DNA from: Dehalococcoidia bacterium
GTDB lineage: Bacteria; Chloroflexota; Dehalococcoidia; SM23-28-2; HRBIN24
Assembly: GCA_032249735.1 (NCBI GenBank)
Contig: JAVVHA010000001.1
Location: 70,041 to 134,040, forward strand
DNA: 64,000 bases
Direction of reading: 5' to 3'
The notes beneath the pieces were generated by a model. It saw nothing but the letters and a program-made list of their open reading frames with translations, was not told the DNA's origin and ran no database searches. Numbering within the stretch: position 1 is the first letter of the stretch; each line of letters begins with the position of its first letter. Below, in pieces: positions 10,752 to 20,223 of the stretch. A program made the translations under genes and the position numbers.

Positions 10752-10964
10752 TTACAAATAGGGCATCAGGCGCCGCAGCCGTCGGGCGTCTGCCTTGCTC
10801 ACCGGCAGCTTCTGGGAGATCTGGCGTAGGGTGGCAGGCCGCTTCTTCCGGTGCAGGTGGCTAGCATGCCCCTTGCGCCGGAGGATCTTACCCGTCCCGG
10901 TGACATGAAACCGGTCCTTAGCGCCAGAATGGGTCTTAAGCTTATACTTCTTGAGCTTAGACAA
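10752..10964 (-). CDS. rpmI: 50S ribosomal protein L35
   Basis: [31 protein letters not shown] is canonical L35. 70 aa. Confidence 0.9.
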   Translation of the reverse strand: MSKLKKYKLKTHSGAKDRFHVTGTGKILRRKGHASHLHRKKRPATLRQISQKLPVSKADARRLRRLMPYL

Positions 10965-11526
10965 GGCTCTTTCCTGCCTCCTTCTGCTGTTGCCTCTGGG
11001 CTATTCCACGCTTGTCGGGGCCCAGGATCATGCTTAGGAACTGTCCCTCCAGGGTAGGTGGCCTCTCCACCACCGCTATGCCCTGTAAAAGCTCCTTGAC
11101 TAAGTCCAGGAGCTGGTAACCCCGTTCGGTGTGCTCCATCTCTCGGCCGCGGCGGAAGCGTACCGCCACCCGCACCTTGGCTCCGTCCATCAGCAACCTC
11201 TCCACGTTACGCACCTTGAAATCCAGGTCGTGGCGGCCGATGTTGGGCCGCAGCCGCACCTCATGTAGCTCTCCGGCGTGACGGTGCTTCCGCGCCTCCC
11301 TTTCCTTTTTCTCCTGCTTGTACTTCCACTTGCCGTAGTCCAGTATGCGGCATACGGGAGGGGTAGCGCTAGGGTCTACTTCCACCAGGTCCAGGCCTAG
11401 CTCCCTGGCCATGGCCAGGGCGGCCCGCAGAGGGACAACGCCCCTGTTTTTGCCCTCGTGGTCGATGAGGAGCACCTCCCGGGCCCGTATCCGCTCGTTA
11501 ACTGGAAGGTCCTTAGGTATAGCCAT
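10957..11526 (-). CDS. infC: Translation initiation factor IF-3
   Basis: It has the IF-3 N- and C-domain patterns (VLLIDHEGKNRGVV, RLRPNIGRHDLDFKVRN). It overlaps rpmI by 8 nt. Confidence 0.9.
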   Translation of the reverse strand: MAIPKDLPVNERIRAREVLLIDHEGKNRGVVPLRAALAMARELGLDLVEVDPSATPPVCRILDYGKWKYKQEKKEREARKHRHAGELHEVRLRPNIGRHDLDFKVRNVERLLMDGAKVRVAVRFRRGREMEHTERGYQLLDLVKELLQGIAVVERPPTLEGQFLSMILGPDKRGIAQRQQQKEAGKSLV

Positions 11527-11585
11527 CCCCCCTTTTTAATGGAGCTTCGGGCCGACTATACCACAAATGTGGCAGGGTCTACAAG

Positions 11586-12113
11586 CTAGGATAGGCGCAG
11601 CAGGGCCTGTCCCGCCTCCACCCTTTGGCCCTCCCTCACGTATATCTCCTGCACCATGCCGCCACGCTTGGCCCGTAGCTCATTGTTCATTTTCATAGAC
11701 TCGATGACTAGCAGCACATCCCCCTCGTGGACCACGCTGCCCTTGTCCACCTTTATCTCCACCACAATGCCACCGATGGGGGAGAGCACCAGCCACTGGT
11801 CGGCCTCTGCCCCTTGCCAGGCCCCGGCCGTACGTGGCGCGGGGGGCCTAAAGCCGCGGGCTGGGCGCACGGAGATGGCGTACCGGTGAAAGCCGATGGT
11901 GATCTCGAAGCCGCCTGCCCGCTCCTCCACGAAGGCCTCAATGGGGCGGCCATCCACCTCCATCAGGTAGAGAGATGGTGGGCCCACCTGCTCCACCCGC
12001 ACGTTATGGCAGCGGCCACCTAAGGTCACCTGCCACAGCCGTTCGCTTCTGGTGACCTCCACCTCCTGCACATCGTCACCCAGGTATACTAGGAACTTCT
12101 CGCCCATCGCCAC
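11586..12113 (-). CDS. Biotin carboxyl carrier-type protein (biotin/lipoyl attachment domain)
   Basis: The C-terminal domain carries the biotinylation motif ESMKM (EAMKM-type) in VLLVIESMKMNNEL. The N-terminal ~80 aa are an extra domain. It overlaps the upstream biotin carboxylase. Confidence 0.75.
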   Translation of the reverse strand: MAMGEKFLVYLGDDVQEVEVTRSERLWQVTLGGRCHNVRVEQVGPPSLYLMEVDGRPIEAFVEERAGGFEITIGFHRYAISVRPARGFRPPAPRTAGAWQGAEADQWLVLSPIGGIVVEIKVDKGSVVHEGDVLLVIESMKMNNELRAKRGGMVQEIYVREGQRVEAGQALLRLS

Positions 12114-13597
12114 ATCTCACGGAAGCCTTGGCGACTAGTTTTTCCCCGCAGCCGCCATCCAGCCAGGGTGTGGCCAGGGCGCAAGGCTGCCCGCCGCCCC
12201 CCTGCCAGGATGGCGGCCAACATTATGGCCATCTGTTCGTCCCCTTCCTCCTGGACGGGCGTGGGCCGGCGTTTCGCCACATAGGACGTATCCAGGCTGC
12301 CCGCGATGAAGTGGGGGTCATCCATCACCTGCAGGTGGAAGGGGATGTTGGTACTGATGCCCACCACCTTGAACTCCCTAAGGGCCCGCCGCATGCGGGC
12401 GATGGCCTCCTGGCGGTGGCGTCCCCAGGTGATGACCTTGGCTAGCAAGGGGTCATAATGATAAGTCACCTCCATGCCCTCATAGATGGCGCTGTCCACC
12501 CTCACCCCTGGGCCGCCAGGAAGGCTTAACAGGGTCACCGTGCCCGCTGAAGGTAGGAAATCGTTGAACGGATCCTCGGCGGAGACGCGGCACTCGATGG
12601 CCCACCCCCTGATGTGCACATCCTCTTGGCGATATGGGAGACGCTCCCCAGCGGCCACCAGGATCTGGTCGGCCACTAGGTCCACGCCAGTGACCATCTC
12701 CGTGACGGGATGCTCCACCTGCAGGCGGGTGTTCATCTCCAAGAAGTATATGTTCCCCTCCTGGTCCACAAGGAACTCTAGGGTGCCAACACTGCGGTAT
12801 CCGATGGAGGAGACAGCTCTCCTCGCCAGCTCCACGAGGCGCTGGCGCTGCTCGGGGCTCACGGCGGTGGAAGGGGCCTCCTCGATCATCTTCTGGTGGC
12901 GCCTCTGGATGGAGCACTCCCTCTCCCCTAGGGCTACCACGTTGCCGTGGGCATCGGCGATGACCTGCACCTCAATATGGCGCACGGGCTCCAGGAACTT
13001 CTCTAGGTAGAGGGTCCCGCTGCCGAACGCAGAGGCGGCCTCTCGCCGGGCCAGCTCCAGGGCTGTAGGCAACTCCTCAGGCCGCAGAACGGTGCGCATG
13101 CCCTTGCCGCCACCGCCAGCGGCCGCCTTGACCATGATGGGAAAGCCGATGCGGGTGGCCGCCTCCGTGGCTTCTTCCGCGGTCATCAGCTCCCCCGTGC
13201 CTGGGATGACGGGGATGCCAGCCTCTCTCATGAGCTGGCGGGCCTGGATCTTGTCCCCCATGGCCCGGATGATGTGGGGTGGGGGCCCCACAAAAGTGAT
13301 GCCCGCCTCCTGGCACGCCTGGGCGAACCCAGGGTTTTCAGAGAGGAAGCCATACCCAGGATGCACAGCGTCGGCCCCCACGGCCTTGGCGATCTCGATG
13401 ATGCGAGGGACGTTAAGATAGCTCTCCCGGGCAGGAGCGGGCCCCACGAGATAGGCCTCATCGGCGTGACGCACATGCAGGGCGTTGCGGTCCACCTCCG
13501 AATATATGGCTACGGAGCGTATGCCTAGCTCCCGGCAGGCTCGCACCACCCGCAGGGCGATCTCGCCTCGGTTGGCCACCAGCAGCTTCCTGAACAT
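12089..13597 (-). CDS. accC: Biotin carboxylase (acetyl-CoA/pyruvate carboxylase biotin carboxylase subunit)
   Basis: 502 aa. It has the MFRKLLVANRGEIALRVVRAC N-terminus, an ATP-grasp core and a biotin carboxylase C-domain. The partner carboxyltransferase is not in the window, so the substrate is unresolved. Confidence 0.85.
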   Translation of the reverse strand: MFRKLLVANRGEIALRVVRACRELGIRSVAIYSEVDRNALHVRHADEAYLVGPAPARESYLNVPRIIEIAKAVGADAVHPGYGFLSENPGFAQACQEAGITFVGPPPHIIRAMGDKIQARQLMREAGIPVIPGTGELMTAEEATEAATRIGFPIMVKAAAGGGGKGMRTVLRPEELPTALELARREAASAFGSGTLYLEKFLEPVRHIEVQVIADAHGNVVALGERECSIQRRHQKMIEEAPSTAVSPEQRQRLVELARRAVSSIGYRSVGTLEFLVDQEGNIYFLEMNTRLQVEHPVTEMVTGVDLVADQILVAAGERLPYRQEDVHIRGWAIECRVSAEDPFNDFLPSAGTVTLLSLPGGPGVRVDSAIYEGMEVTYHYDPLLAKVITWGRHRQEAIARMRRALREFKVVGISTNIPFHLQVMDDPHFIAGSLDTSYVAKRRPTPVQEEGDEQMAIMLAAILAGGRRAALRPGHTLAGWRLRGKTSRQGFREMWRWARSS

Positions 13598-13652
13598 AGC
13601 TATACGCTCTATAAGCTTGCCCTATGGGGCGGCTTTGGGCAAGGGACATGGC

Positions 13653-15401
13653 CTAGCGATGCGCCGCCACCTCATCCTGCACACGGCGGATAAAGTCCTC
13701 TAGGGGCACACTGCCCAGGTCCTGGCCGGTGCGCAGGCGTACGGCGACGGCGCCCGCTCGGGCCTCCCTGTCCCCCACGATGAGCATATAGGGGACCTTC
13801 TGCAGCTGGGCATCGCGGATCTTGGCCTGCATACGCTCGGGACGGGCATCTACCTCCACCCGCAGCCCTGCCTGCCGCAGGCGAGAGGCCACCTGCTGAG
13901 CGTATTCCTGGTGGCGGTCGGCTATGGGGATGACCACCGCTTGCACGGGGGCCAGCCACAAGGGAAAGGCGCCGCCGTAATGCTCGATGAGGACGCCCAG
14001 GAACCGCTCCATGGAGCCGAGCATGGCCCGGTGGACCATGTAGGGCCGCTGGCGAGCGCCATCGGAGGCCACATAGGTCAGGTCAAACCTCTCGGGGAGG
14101 TTGAAATCGAACTGGATGGTGGTGCACTGCCACTCCCGCCCCAACACGTCCACCAGCTTCACGTCGATCTTGGGGCCGTAGAAGACGGCGCCGCCCACGT
14201 CCACCTCATAGGGCAGGCCACGCGCCTCGATGACCCGCCGCAGGACCGTCTGCGCCATCTCCCAGTCCTCCTGGGAACCGGCATAGCTGCCCTCTTGGTC
14301 CCTCACCGCCAGGTACACCCTGAAGTCCCTGAAACCGAAAGCGTCGAAGAACAGGAGCATGAAGTCCAGGCAGGCCTCCACCTCACCCTCCACCTGGTCG
14401 GGGCGGCAGAAGATATGGGCATCATCCTGGGTGAATCCCCTTACGCGGAGAAGGCCGTGGAGGACGCCCGAACGCTCGTAGCGGTAAACGGTGCCCAGCT
14501 CCGCTAGGCGGATGGGGAGCTCCCGGTAGCTGCGCACCCGCGACTTGTAGATCTGAATGTGGAAGGGGCAGTTCATAGGCTTCAGGTAATAGAGCTGGCC
14601 GTCTATATCCATTGGCGGGTACATGTTCTCGGCGTAGAAGTCTAGATGGCCTGAGGTCTGCCAGAGGGAGGCCTTGCCAATATGGGGGGTATAGACTAGC
14701 TCATATCCCCGGCGGTAGTGCTCTTGCCGCCAGAAGTCCTCGATGATGGCCCGCACGCGGGCCCCCTTGGGATGCCAGAATACGAGCCCCGGGCCATATT
14801 CCTCGTGGAAGCTGAAGAGATCCAGCTCTCGCCCCAAACGCCGGTGATCGCGGCGCTGGGCCTCCTCCAGGCGGTGTAGGTACTGCCCTAGCTCCTCCTG
14901 GGTCTCAAACAGGGCGCCATAGATGCGCTGGAGCATGGGCCGCCTCTCATCGCCCCGCCAGTAGGCACCAGCTACCGAGAGGAGCTTGAAGGCCCCCACT
15001 TGGCCCGTGCGCTCTACATGGGGACCCTGACACAGATCCACAAAGTCCCCATGTCGGTACAGGCTCACCCGCTCCCCCTCGATCTCCTCGATGAGCTCCA
15101 GCTTGTAGGGCTGGTGGGCGAAGAGGCGACGCGCTTCTTCTTTGGGGATCTCCTCTCGGATGAAGGGGACGTTAGAGGCAATGCGGTGCTGCATAAGGGC
15201 CTCGATCTTGGGCAGGTCTTCCGGGGTGAGGGGGCGCGGCAGCTCGAAGTCGTAATAGAAACCGGTGTCGATGGGCGGCCCAATGCCCAGCTTGGCATCG
15301 GGGAAGAGCTTCAGGACGGCCTCGGCCATGATGTGCGCCGCCGAGTGGCGCATGCGCACCAGCCGCTCCTCCTTGGGCAATGCCTCCAGCTGCTCGGCCA
15401 T
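13653..15401 (-). CDS. thrS: Threonine--tRNA ligase, lacking an N-terminal TGS domain
   Basis: It has an editing-domain HSAAH motif ~20 aa after a GGAAGG-preceded ATG at 15401. The class II core and anticodon-binding domain are present. The ORF track's longer start at 15500 adds only a low-complexity 33 aa. Confidence 0.85.
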   Translation of the reverse strand: MAEQLEALPKEERLVRMRHSAAHIMAEAVLKLFPDAKLGIGPPIDTGFYYDFELPRPLTPEDLPKIEALMQHRIASNVPFIREEIPKEEARRLFAHQPYKLELIEEIEGERVSLYRHGDFVDLCQGPHVERTGQVGAFKLLSVAGAYWRGDERRPMLQRIYGALFETQEELGQYLHRLEEAQRRDHRRLGRELDLFSFHEEYGPGLVFWHPKGARVRAIIEDFWRQEHYRRGYELVYTPHIGKASLWQTSGHLDFYAENMYPPMDIDGQLYYLKPMNCPFHIQIYKSRVRSYRELPIRLAELGTVYRYERSGVLHGLLRVRGFTQDDAHIFCRPDQVEGEVEACLDFMLLFFDAFGFRDFRVYLAVRDQEGSYAGSQEDWEMAQTVLRRVIEARGLPYEVDVGGAVFYGPKIDVKLVDVLGREWQCTTIQFDFNLPERFDLTYVASDGARQRPYMVHRAMLGSMERFLGVLIEHYGGAFPLWLAPVQAVVIPIADRHQEYAQQVASRLRQAGLRVEVDARPERMQAKIRDAQLQKVPYMLIVGDREARAGAVAVRLRTGQDLGSVPLEDFIRRVQDEVAAHR

Positions 15402-15403
15402 GG

Positions 15404-15643
15404 CTACCTTCCCAGGAGGCGCCGCATCAGGTAGCGATGCCACATGAATAGGCCCAGGGCTATTAGGGCGAGAGCCGCCAGGACCCCCGTAAGTACCCAC
15501 CGCCCCTGCGCCAGGGCCAAGGCGCCGAAGGCGATAGCCCCGACTAACATCGCAAGCGGGGGCCCCCCTAGGAGCAGTCGGAGGGCCCGCACGCTGGGCG
15601 GCTCACCACCTGTTGGAGCCATCTCCCTCGTCGCATAATTCAA
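15404..15643 (-). CDS. Small hypothetical membrane protein (2 predicted TM helices)
   Basis: 79 aa, with two hydrophobic helices. It ends 3 nt before the preferred thrS start. It may be real or a leader ORF. Confidence 0.35.
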   Translation of the reverse strand: MNYATREMAPTGGEPPSVRALRLLLGGPPLAMLVGAIAFGALALAQGRWVLTGVLAALALIALGLFMWHRYLMRRLLGR

Positions 15644-15692
15644 AGGGGTCGGGCCTTCCCACCCGGGCCCCCGCCGTTCTCCTCGCCTCTCG

Positions 15693-15770
15693 TGGTGGGC
15701 GGTAGAGGACTCGAACCTCTGACCTCAGCGATGTCAACGCTGCGCTCTGCCCACTGAGCTAACCGCCCAC
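15693..15770 (-). tRNA. tRNA-Val (anticodon GAC)
   Basis: The reverse complement GTGGGCGGTTAGCTCAGTGGGCAGAGCGCAGCGTTGACATCGCTGAGGTCAGAGGTTCGAGTCCTCTACCGCCCACCA folds as a cloverleaf. It has GTTCGAG in the T-loop, a UUGACAU anticodon loop and an encoded CCA. Confidence 0.9.
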
Positions 15771-15804
15771 CCATCTGGGATGTTAACAATGGCTTCTGAG
15801 GCGG

Positions 15805-16269
15805 TCAAGCGGGGCCACTTCCCCCCGCCATATCCTGGCGGTAGGCTTCCAGGGCGTGCCGCACCCGCTCATCGCTCAGGGACAAGATGGCTGCGGCGTA
15901 GAGGGCGGCGTTGCGGGCACCGTCGATCCCTACGCAGGCCACCGGCACCCCTGGCGGCATCTGGGATATGGACAGGAGGGAATCCAATCCCCCCAGCGAC
16001 GACCGGGCCAGGGGGAGGCCAATGACGGGCAAAGTGGTGTGGGCGGCGATGGCTCCCGGCAGGTGGGCGGCCAGGCCGGCAGCGGCGATGATGACCTTCA
16101 CCCCCCGCGCCCGGGCCTCCCGGGCGAACTGCCGCACCCGGTCCGGCGTGCGGTGGGCAGACATAACGTGTACCTCGTGGCCGATGCCCAAGCGCTCCAG
16201 GATGCGCTGGGCCTCCTCCACCGCCGGCAAATCGCTCTGGGAGCCCACCACGATGGCTACCTCAGCCAT
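15805..16269 (-). CDS. purE: N5-carboxyaminoimidazole ribonucleotide mutase
   Basis: The sequences VAIVVGSQSDLPAVEEA and AHRTPDR ... IAAAGLAAHLPG are canonical class I PurE. Confidence 0.9.
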   Translation of the reverse strand: MAEVAIVVGSQSDLPAVEEAQRILERLGIGHEVHVMSAHRTPDRVRQFAREARARGVKVIIAAAGLAAHLPGAIAAHTTLPVIGLPLARSSLGGLDSLLSISQMPPGVPVACVGIDGARNAALYAAAILSLSDERVRHALEAYRQDMAGGSGPA

Positions 16270-17560
16270 CCCATACCTCCCCTGTGATAGCCCCCTGGGC
16301 AGGGGCGGCGATATCCTTCCGGTAGTGGCAGCGGGAGAAGTGGATATGCTGCACCGCCCGGTAGGCCTGGGCGCGGGCCTCGGCTATGGTGGGGGCTATG
16401 GCCACCACCGTCAGGACCCGACCGCCAGCGGTGAGCACGGTTCGCCCATCATCGGCAAGGCGGGTGCCAGCATGGAACACCAGCACCCCCTCCTCTGTCT
16501 GCCCCAACCCATAGATGGGGAACCCAGTACGGTACTCATCGGGGTAGCCGCCAGAGGCCATCACCACACCTACACAGGCGTGGGTGCTCCAGTCCACTCG
16601 CGCCTCATGCAGGCGTCCCTGGGCCACTGCCCAACATATCTCCAGGAGGTCGCCCTGCAGCCGTGGCAGCACCACCTGGGCCTCCGGGTCGCCAAAGCGA
16701 CAGTTGAACTCCAGCACCATGGGGCCGCGCCGGGTAACCATAAGGCCCGGGTAGAGGACACCTCGGTAGTCGATGCCCTCGCTGGCCAGGGCTGCGACTG
16801 TGGCCTCGGTTACCTCCTGGTTGATGCGTCTCTCGGTAGCCTCGTCCAGCCAGTAGGCGGGGGAGTAGGCTCCCATGCCGCCGGTATTGGGGCCCTGGTC
16901 ACCGTCCAGCAGTCTCTTATAATCGCACGCCATAGGCATGGGGACCACCGTGCGGCCATCGGTGAAGGCCTGGGCCGACACCTCCCTCCCCTCCAGCCGC
17001 TCCTCGATGACCACTCTGCGGCCGGCGGGGCCTAGGGCCTCATCCCTCATCAGGCGTTGGACGACCTGCAAGGCCTCCTCCTTGCTTTCGCACACGAAGG
17101 ACCCCTTCCCCCCTGCTAGCCCATCAGCCTTCACCACTGGCGGGCTTGCCAGGGCCTCCACGTAGCCCTTGGCGTCCCGCCAATCATCGAACACGGCGAA
17201 GGGAGGGTGCGGTATGCCATGCCGGGCACATAGCTCTCGCGCCCACGCCTTGGACGCCTCGATACGTGCTCCCTCCGCGCGGGGCCCGAAGACGGCGATG
17301 CCCAGTGCTTCCAAGCGGTCGGCCAGCCCTCGCGCCAATGGCTCCTCTGGCCCCACCACCACCAGCTCCACCGCGTTCTCCTTAGCCGCCTGCACCAAGG
17401 CGTCTATGTCGTTAGCCCTGATGTCCAGGTTGTGGGCGAGCTGGGCGGTGCCAGCGTTGCCGGGGGCCACCAGTAGCTCCCCCAGGCTGGGTGACTGACG
17501 CAGCTTCCAGGCGAGGGCGTGTTCCCGGGCCCCGCCTCCCACCACCATGACCCGCCTCAT
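16262..17560 (-). CDS. purD: Phosphoribosylamine--glycine ligase
   Basis: It has the MRVMVVGGGAREHALAWKL N-terminus and an ATP-grasp core. It overlaps purE. Confidence 0.9.
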   Translation of the reverse strand: MRRVMVVGGGAREHALAWKLRQSPSLGELLVAPGNAGTAQLAHNLDIRANDIDALVQAAKENAVELVVVGPEEPLARGLADRLEALGIAVFGPRAEGARIEASKAWARELCARHGIPHPPFAVFDDWRDAKGYVEALASPPVVKADGLAGGKGSFVCESKEEALQVVQRLMRDEALGPAGRRVVIEERLEGREVSAQAFTDGRTVVPMPMACDYKRLLDGDQGPNTGGMGAYSPAYWLDEATERRINQEVTEATVAALASEGIDYRGVLYPGLMVTRRGPMVLEFNCRFGDPEAQVVLPRLQGDLLEICWAVAQGRLHEARVDWSTHACVGVVMASGGYPDEYRTGFPIYGLGQTEEGVLVFHAGTRLADDGRTVLTAGGRVLTVVAIAPTIAEARAQAYRAVQHIHFSRCHYRKDIAAPAQGAITGEVWDG

Positions 17561-18087
17561 GGAGCCTTGTGCACCTGGGCGTCCACAGGGATGGGGTTAG
17601 TAAGGGAGTAGATGGCTGGGCAACGGGCCAGCGCCTCCTGCCTTACCTCCTCCAGGGCCTCCGCATCGGCATCGGCGTCCACCTCCAGGCGGAAGACCAC
17701 CTGGCGGACGATGGGGGCCTCGGAGACGCCGAAAACCCTGCCAAAGTCCAGATGGCATTCGCCTTGGGCTTGCAGGCGCCGCACCTGGATGCCACGGGCG
17801 GAGGCGGCGGTGACGAAGGTAGCGGTGAAGCACGAGAGAACGCCCAACACGCAAAGGTGCAGGGGGCCCGGCCGCCTCCCCTTTCCCCCCATGAATGTGG
17901 GGGAATCGAGCTCCAGCCTCAGCTCCCCCTGCTCGTACTTGGCCACTGCCGTCATCTGGGGGAGAGAAGGGTCAGTGCGCCACTCCAGCTCGCCACGGTT
18001 TACCCGCTGGCCCCGCGTCGGCTCCTTGCTTATGGCCTCTGCCTCGCGAGCGATGGCGTCCAAGTCCACGTTGTTGACTATGGCCAT
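17557..18087 (-). CDS. OsmC/Ohr family peroxiredoxin-like protein
   Basis: The start was chosen at an AGGAGG-preceded ATG (MAIVNNVDLD). Both conserved Cys regions (LCVLGVLSCF, ARCPAIYSL) are present. Confidence 0.7.
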   Translation of the reverse strand: MAIVNNVDLDAIAREAEAISKEPTRGQRVNRGELEWRTDPSLPQMTAVAKYEQGELRLELDSPTFMGGKGRRPGPLHLCVLGVLSCFTATFVTAASARGIQVRRLQAQGECHLDFGRVFGVSEAPIVRQVVFRLEVDADADAEALEEVRQEALARCPAIYSLTNPIPVDAQVHKAP

Positions 18088-18109
18088 GCCTGCACCTCCT
18101 AATGGCGGA

Positions 18110-18463
18110 TCATAGACCACCACGGGAACGGTGTCCATGCTTGGGCAGGCCCAATGCGATGACGTCCCTGTGGGCGGCATCTAGGAAGCGGCCCACCGTC
18201 TGTCGGTCCAGAGAGGTGGGCAGGCGGACCCATCGCCCGAAGGGCACACCTGGGCGCAGATAGAAGGGCTCGCCCCCCAGCTCCAGGGCCTGCTGATGCT
18301 CAGGCCCCATGAGGCGGGCCACCACCCGCCCCTGGGCATCGATGAAGGCAAACATGCGGCCGTTGCTGGCAAAGAGGCATTGGGCCCCAAACATGGGATA
18401 TACGGTAGTGCCTTGGGGCAGGGGTATGGTGGCCTTGGCGTCCTGGCCCTGGGGTCTGCCCAT
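18110..18463 (-). CDS. TfoX N-terminal-domain-like protein (tentative)
   Basis: The motif MFGAQCLFASNGRMFAFIDAQGRVVARL resembles the TfoX/Sxy N-domain core (MFGGxGL..DGkMFA). Confidence 0.4.
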   Translation of the reverse strand: MGRPQGQDAKATIPLPQGTTVYPMFGAQCLFASNGRMFAFIDAQGRVVARLMGPEHQQALELGGEPFYLRPGVPFGRWVRLPTSLDRQTVGRFLDAAHRDVIALGLPKHGHRSRGGL

Positions 18464-18464
18464 C

Positions 18465-20141
18465 TCACTCCCACTCGATGGTCCCTGGGGGCTTGGAGGT
18501 GATGTCGTACACGACGCGGTTGACCCCCGGCACTTCGTTGACGATGCGGCTGGATATGCGGGCCAGCACCTGGTATGGTAGCCGGGCCCAGTCGGCAGTC
18601 ATAGCGTCCTGGGCTTCCACCGCTCGCACCGCCACCACATAACCATAGGTTCGGGCGTCGCCCATCACCCCCACCGAGCGGATGCCCGTGAGGACAGCGA
18701 ACGACTGCCACAGATGACGGTAGAGGCCTGCTCGCTTGATCTCGTCCATGACGATCCAGTCGCAGGCCCGCAGGATCTCCAGCTTCTCCGGCGTCACCTC
18801 CCCTACGATGCGCACGGCCAATCCCGGCCCCGGGAAGGGATGACGGTACACGATCTCCTCCGGCAGCCCCAGCTCCAGCCCCACCCGCCGCACCTCGTCC
18901 TTGAAGAGGTAACGCAAAGGCTCCAGCAGACGGAAGGACATGCGTTGAGGGAGGCCTCCCACATTGTGGTGGGTCTTGATCTTGGCTGTGGGCCCCAGGC
19001 CAGCGGCGCTCTCGATGACGTCTGGGTAGGTGGTGCCTTGGGCCATGAACTGGAAATCCCCCAACTTCTTGGCCTCCTCCTCGAAGACGGTGATGAAGGT
19101 CTCGCCGATGACCTTGCGCTTCTCCTCGGGGTCCGTCACCCCCCGTAAGCGGGAGAGGAATACGTCCCTGGCGTCCACATACACCAGGGGGATGCCCAGG
19201 TGGCGGCGGAAGGTGTCCTGCACCCGCTCCGGCTCCTCCCGCCGCAACAGGCCGTTGTTGATAAAGACACAAGTCAGCTGGTCGCCTACCGCCCGATGTA
19301 CCAGGGTGGCTGTCACCGCTGAGTCTACACCGCCCGATAGCGCACACAGCACCCTACCGCCGCCTACGGTGTGCCTTATCTCCTCAATGGCCTGGGCCAC
19401 GAAGTTGCGGGGCGTCCAATCTCCCCGGCAGCCACACACGCGGTAGAGGAAATTGCGGATGATCTCCTTGCCCAGTGGGGTGTGGGCCACCTCGGGATGG
19501 AACTGGAGGCCAAAGAGACGGCCATCATCGGCCATGGCGGCCGTGGGGGAGTTGTCGGAGTGAGCCAGGACGCGGAAGCCAGGGGGCAGACGCACCACTT
19601 GGTCGCTGTGGGACATCCAGACGGGGAAGGAGGGGGGCAGGTCGGCTAGGAGAGGTGAGGCCGGGTCGTCTACGTACAACATGGCATGGCCATACTCCCG
19701 CCGCTCCGACGGCGCTACCTCTCCCCCCAGATGGTGGGCCAGAAGCTGCATGCCGTAGCAGATGCCCAGAACAGGCAGGCCAGACGATAGAACATAGTCG
19801 GGCAGCTGGGGGGCCCCTGGCTCATACACAGAAGCAGGGCCTCCCGACAGGACGATCCCCTTAGGCCTTAGATGAGCCACCTCTTCCCACCGCCGCTCGG
19901 GGGAGACCAGCTCACAGTAAACGTTGCACTCGCGGATGGCCCGGGCAATAAGCATGCTATACTGGGAACCGAAGTCGACGATGATGATGGCTTCCGTTGG
20001 CCGGGGGCCCTCTTGGGCCAAGGGCTGGATGGACGCTCCACGGCGTTGGCCAGCGATCTCCAAATACGTGGCTACTTCTAAGTCGTCCGAGGTGACCACT
20101 CGGTGACTCGATGATGCGGCGTCGCCTAGCTGGGCGTCCAT
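18465..20141 (-). CDS. guaA: GMP synthase (glutamine-hydrolysing)
   Basis: It has a class I GATase domain ([11 protein letters not shown]), the ATP-PPase SGGVDS motif and a C-terminal dimerisation domain. The ORF carries a ~40 aa N-terminal extension, so the real start may be internal. Confidence 0.88.
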   Translation of the reverse strand: MDAQLGDAASSSHRVVTSDDLEVATYLEIAGQRRGASIQPLAQEGPRPTEAIIIVDFGSQYSMLIARAIRECNVYCELVSPERRWEEVAHLRPKGIVLSGGPASVYEPGAPQLPDYVLSSGLPVLGICYGMQLLAHHLGGEVAPSERREYGHAMLYVDDPASPLLADLPPSFPVWMSHSDQVVRLPPGFRVLAHSDNSPTAAMADDGRLFGLQFHPEVAHTPLGKEIIRNFLYRVCGCRGDWTPRNFVAQAIEEIRHTVGGGRVLCALSGGVDSAVTATLVHRAVGDQLTCVFINNGLLRREEPERVQDTFRRHLGIPLVYVDARDVFLSRLRGVTDPEEKRKVIGETFITVFEEEAKKLGDFQFMAQGTTYPDVIESAAGLGPTAKIKTHHNVGGLPQRMSFRLLEPLRYLFKDEVRRVGLELGLPEEIVYRHPFPGPGLAVRIVGEVTPEKLEILRACDWIVMDEIKRAGLYRHLWQSFAVLTGIRSVGVMGDARTYGYVVAVRAVEAQDAMTADWARLPYQVLARISSRIVNEVPGVNRVVYDITSKPPGTIEWE

Positions 20142-20223
20142 CTTTGCTTTATATGATAGGGCATCGGCCGTTCAATCGTCAACGGATAAGACCTGTTACC
20201 ACTTTTCCCTATGGAGGTGACCT

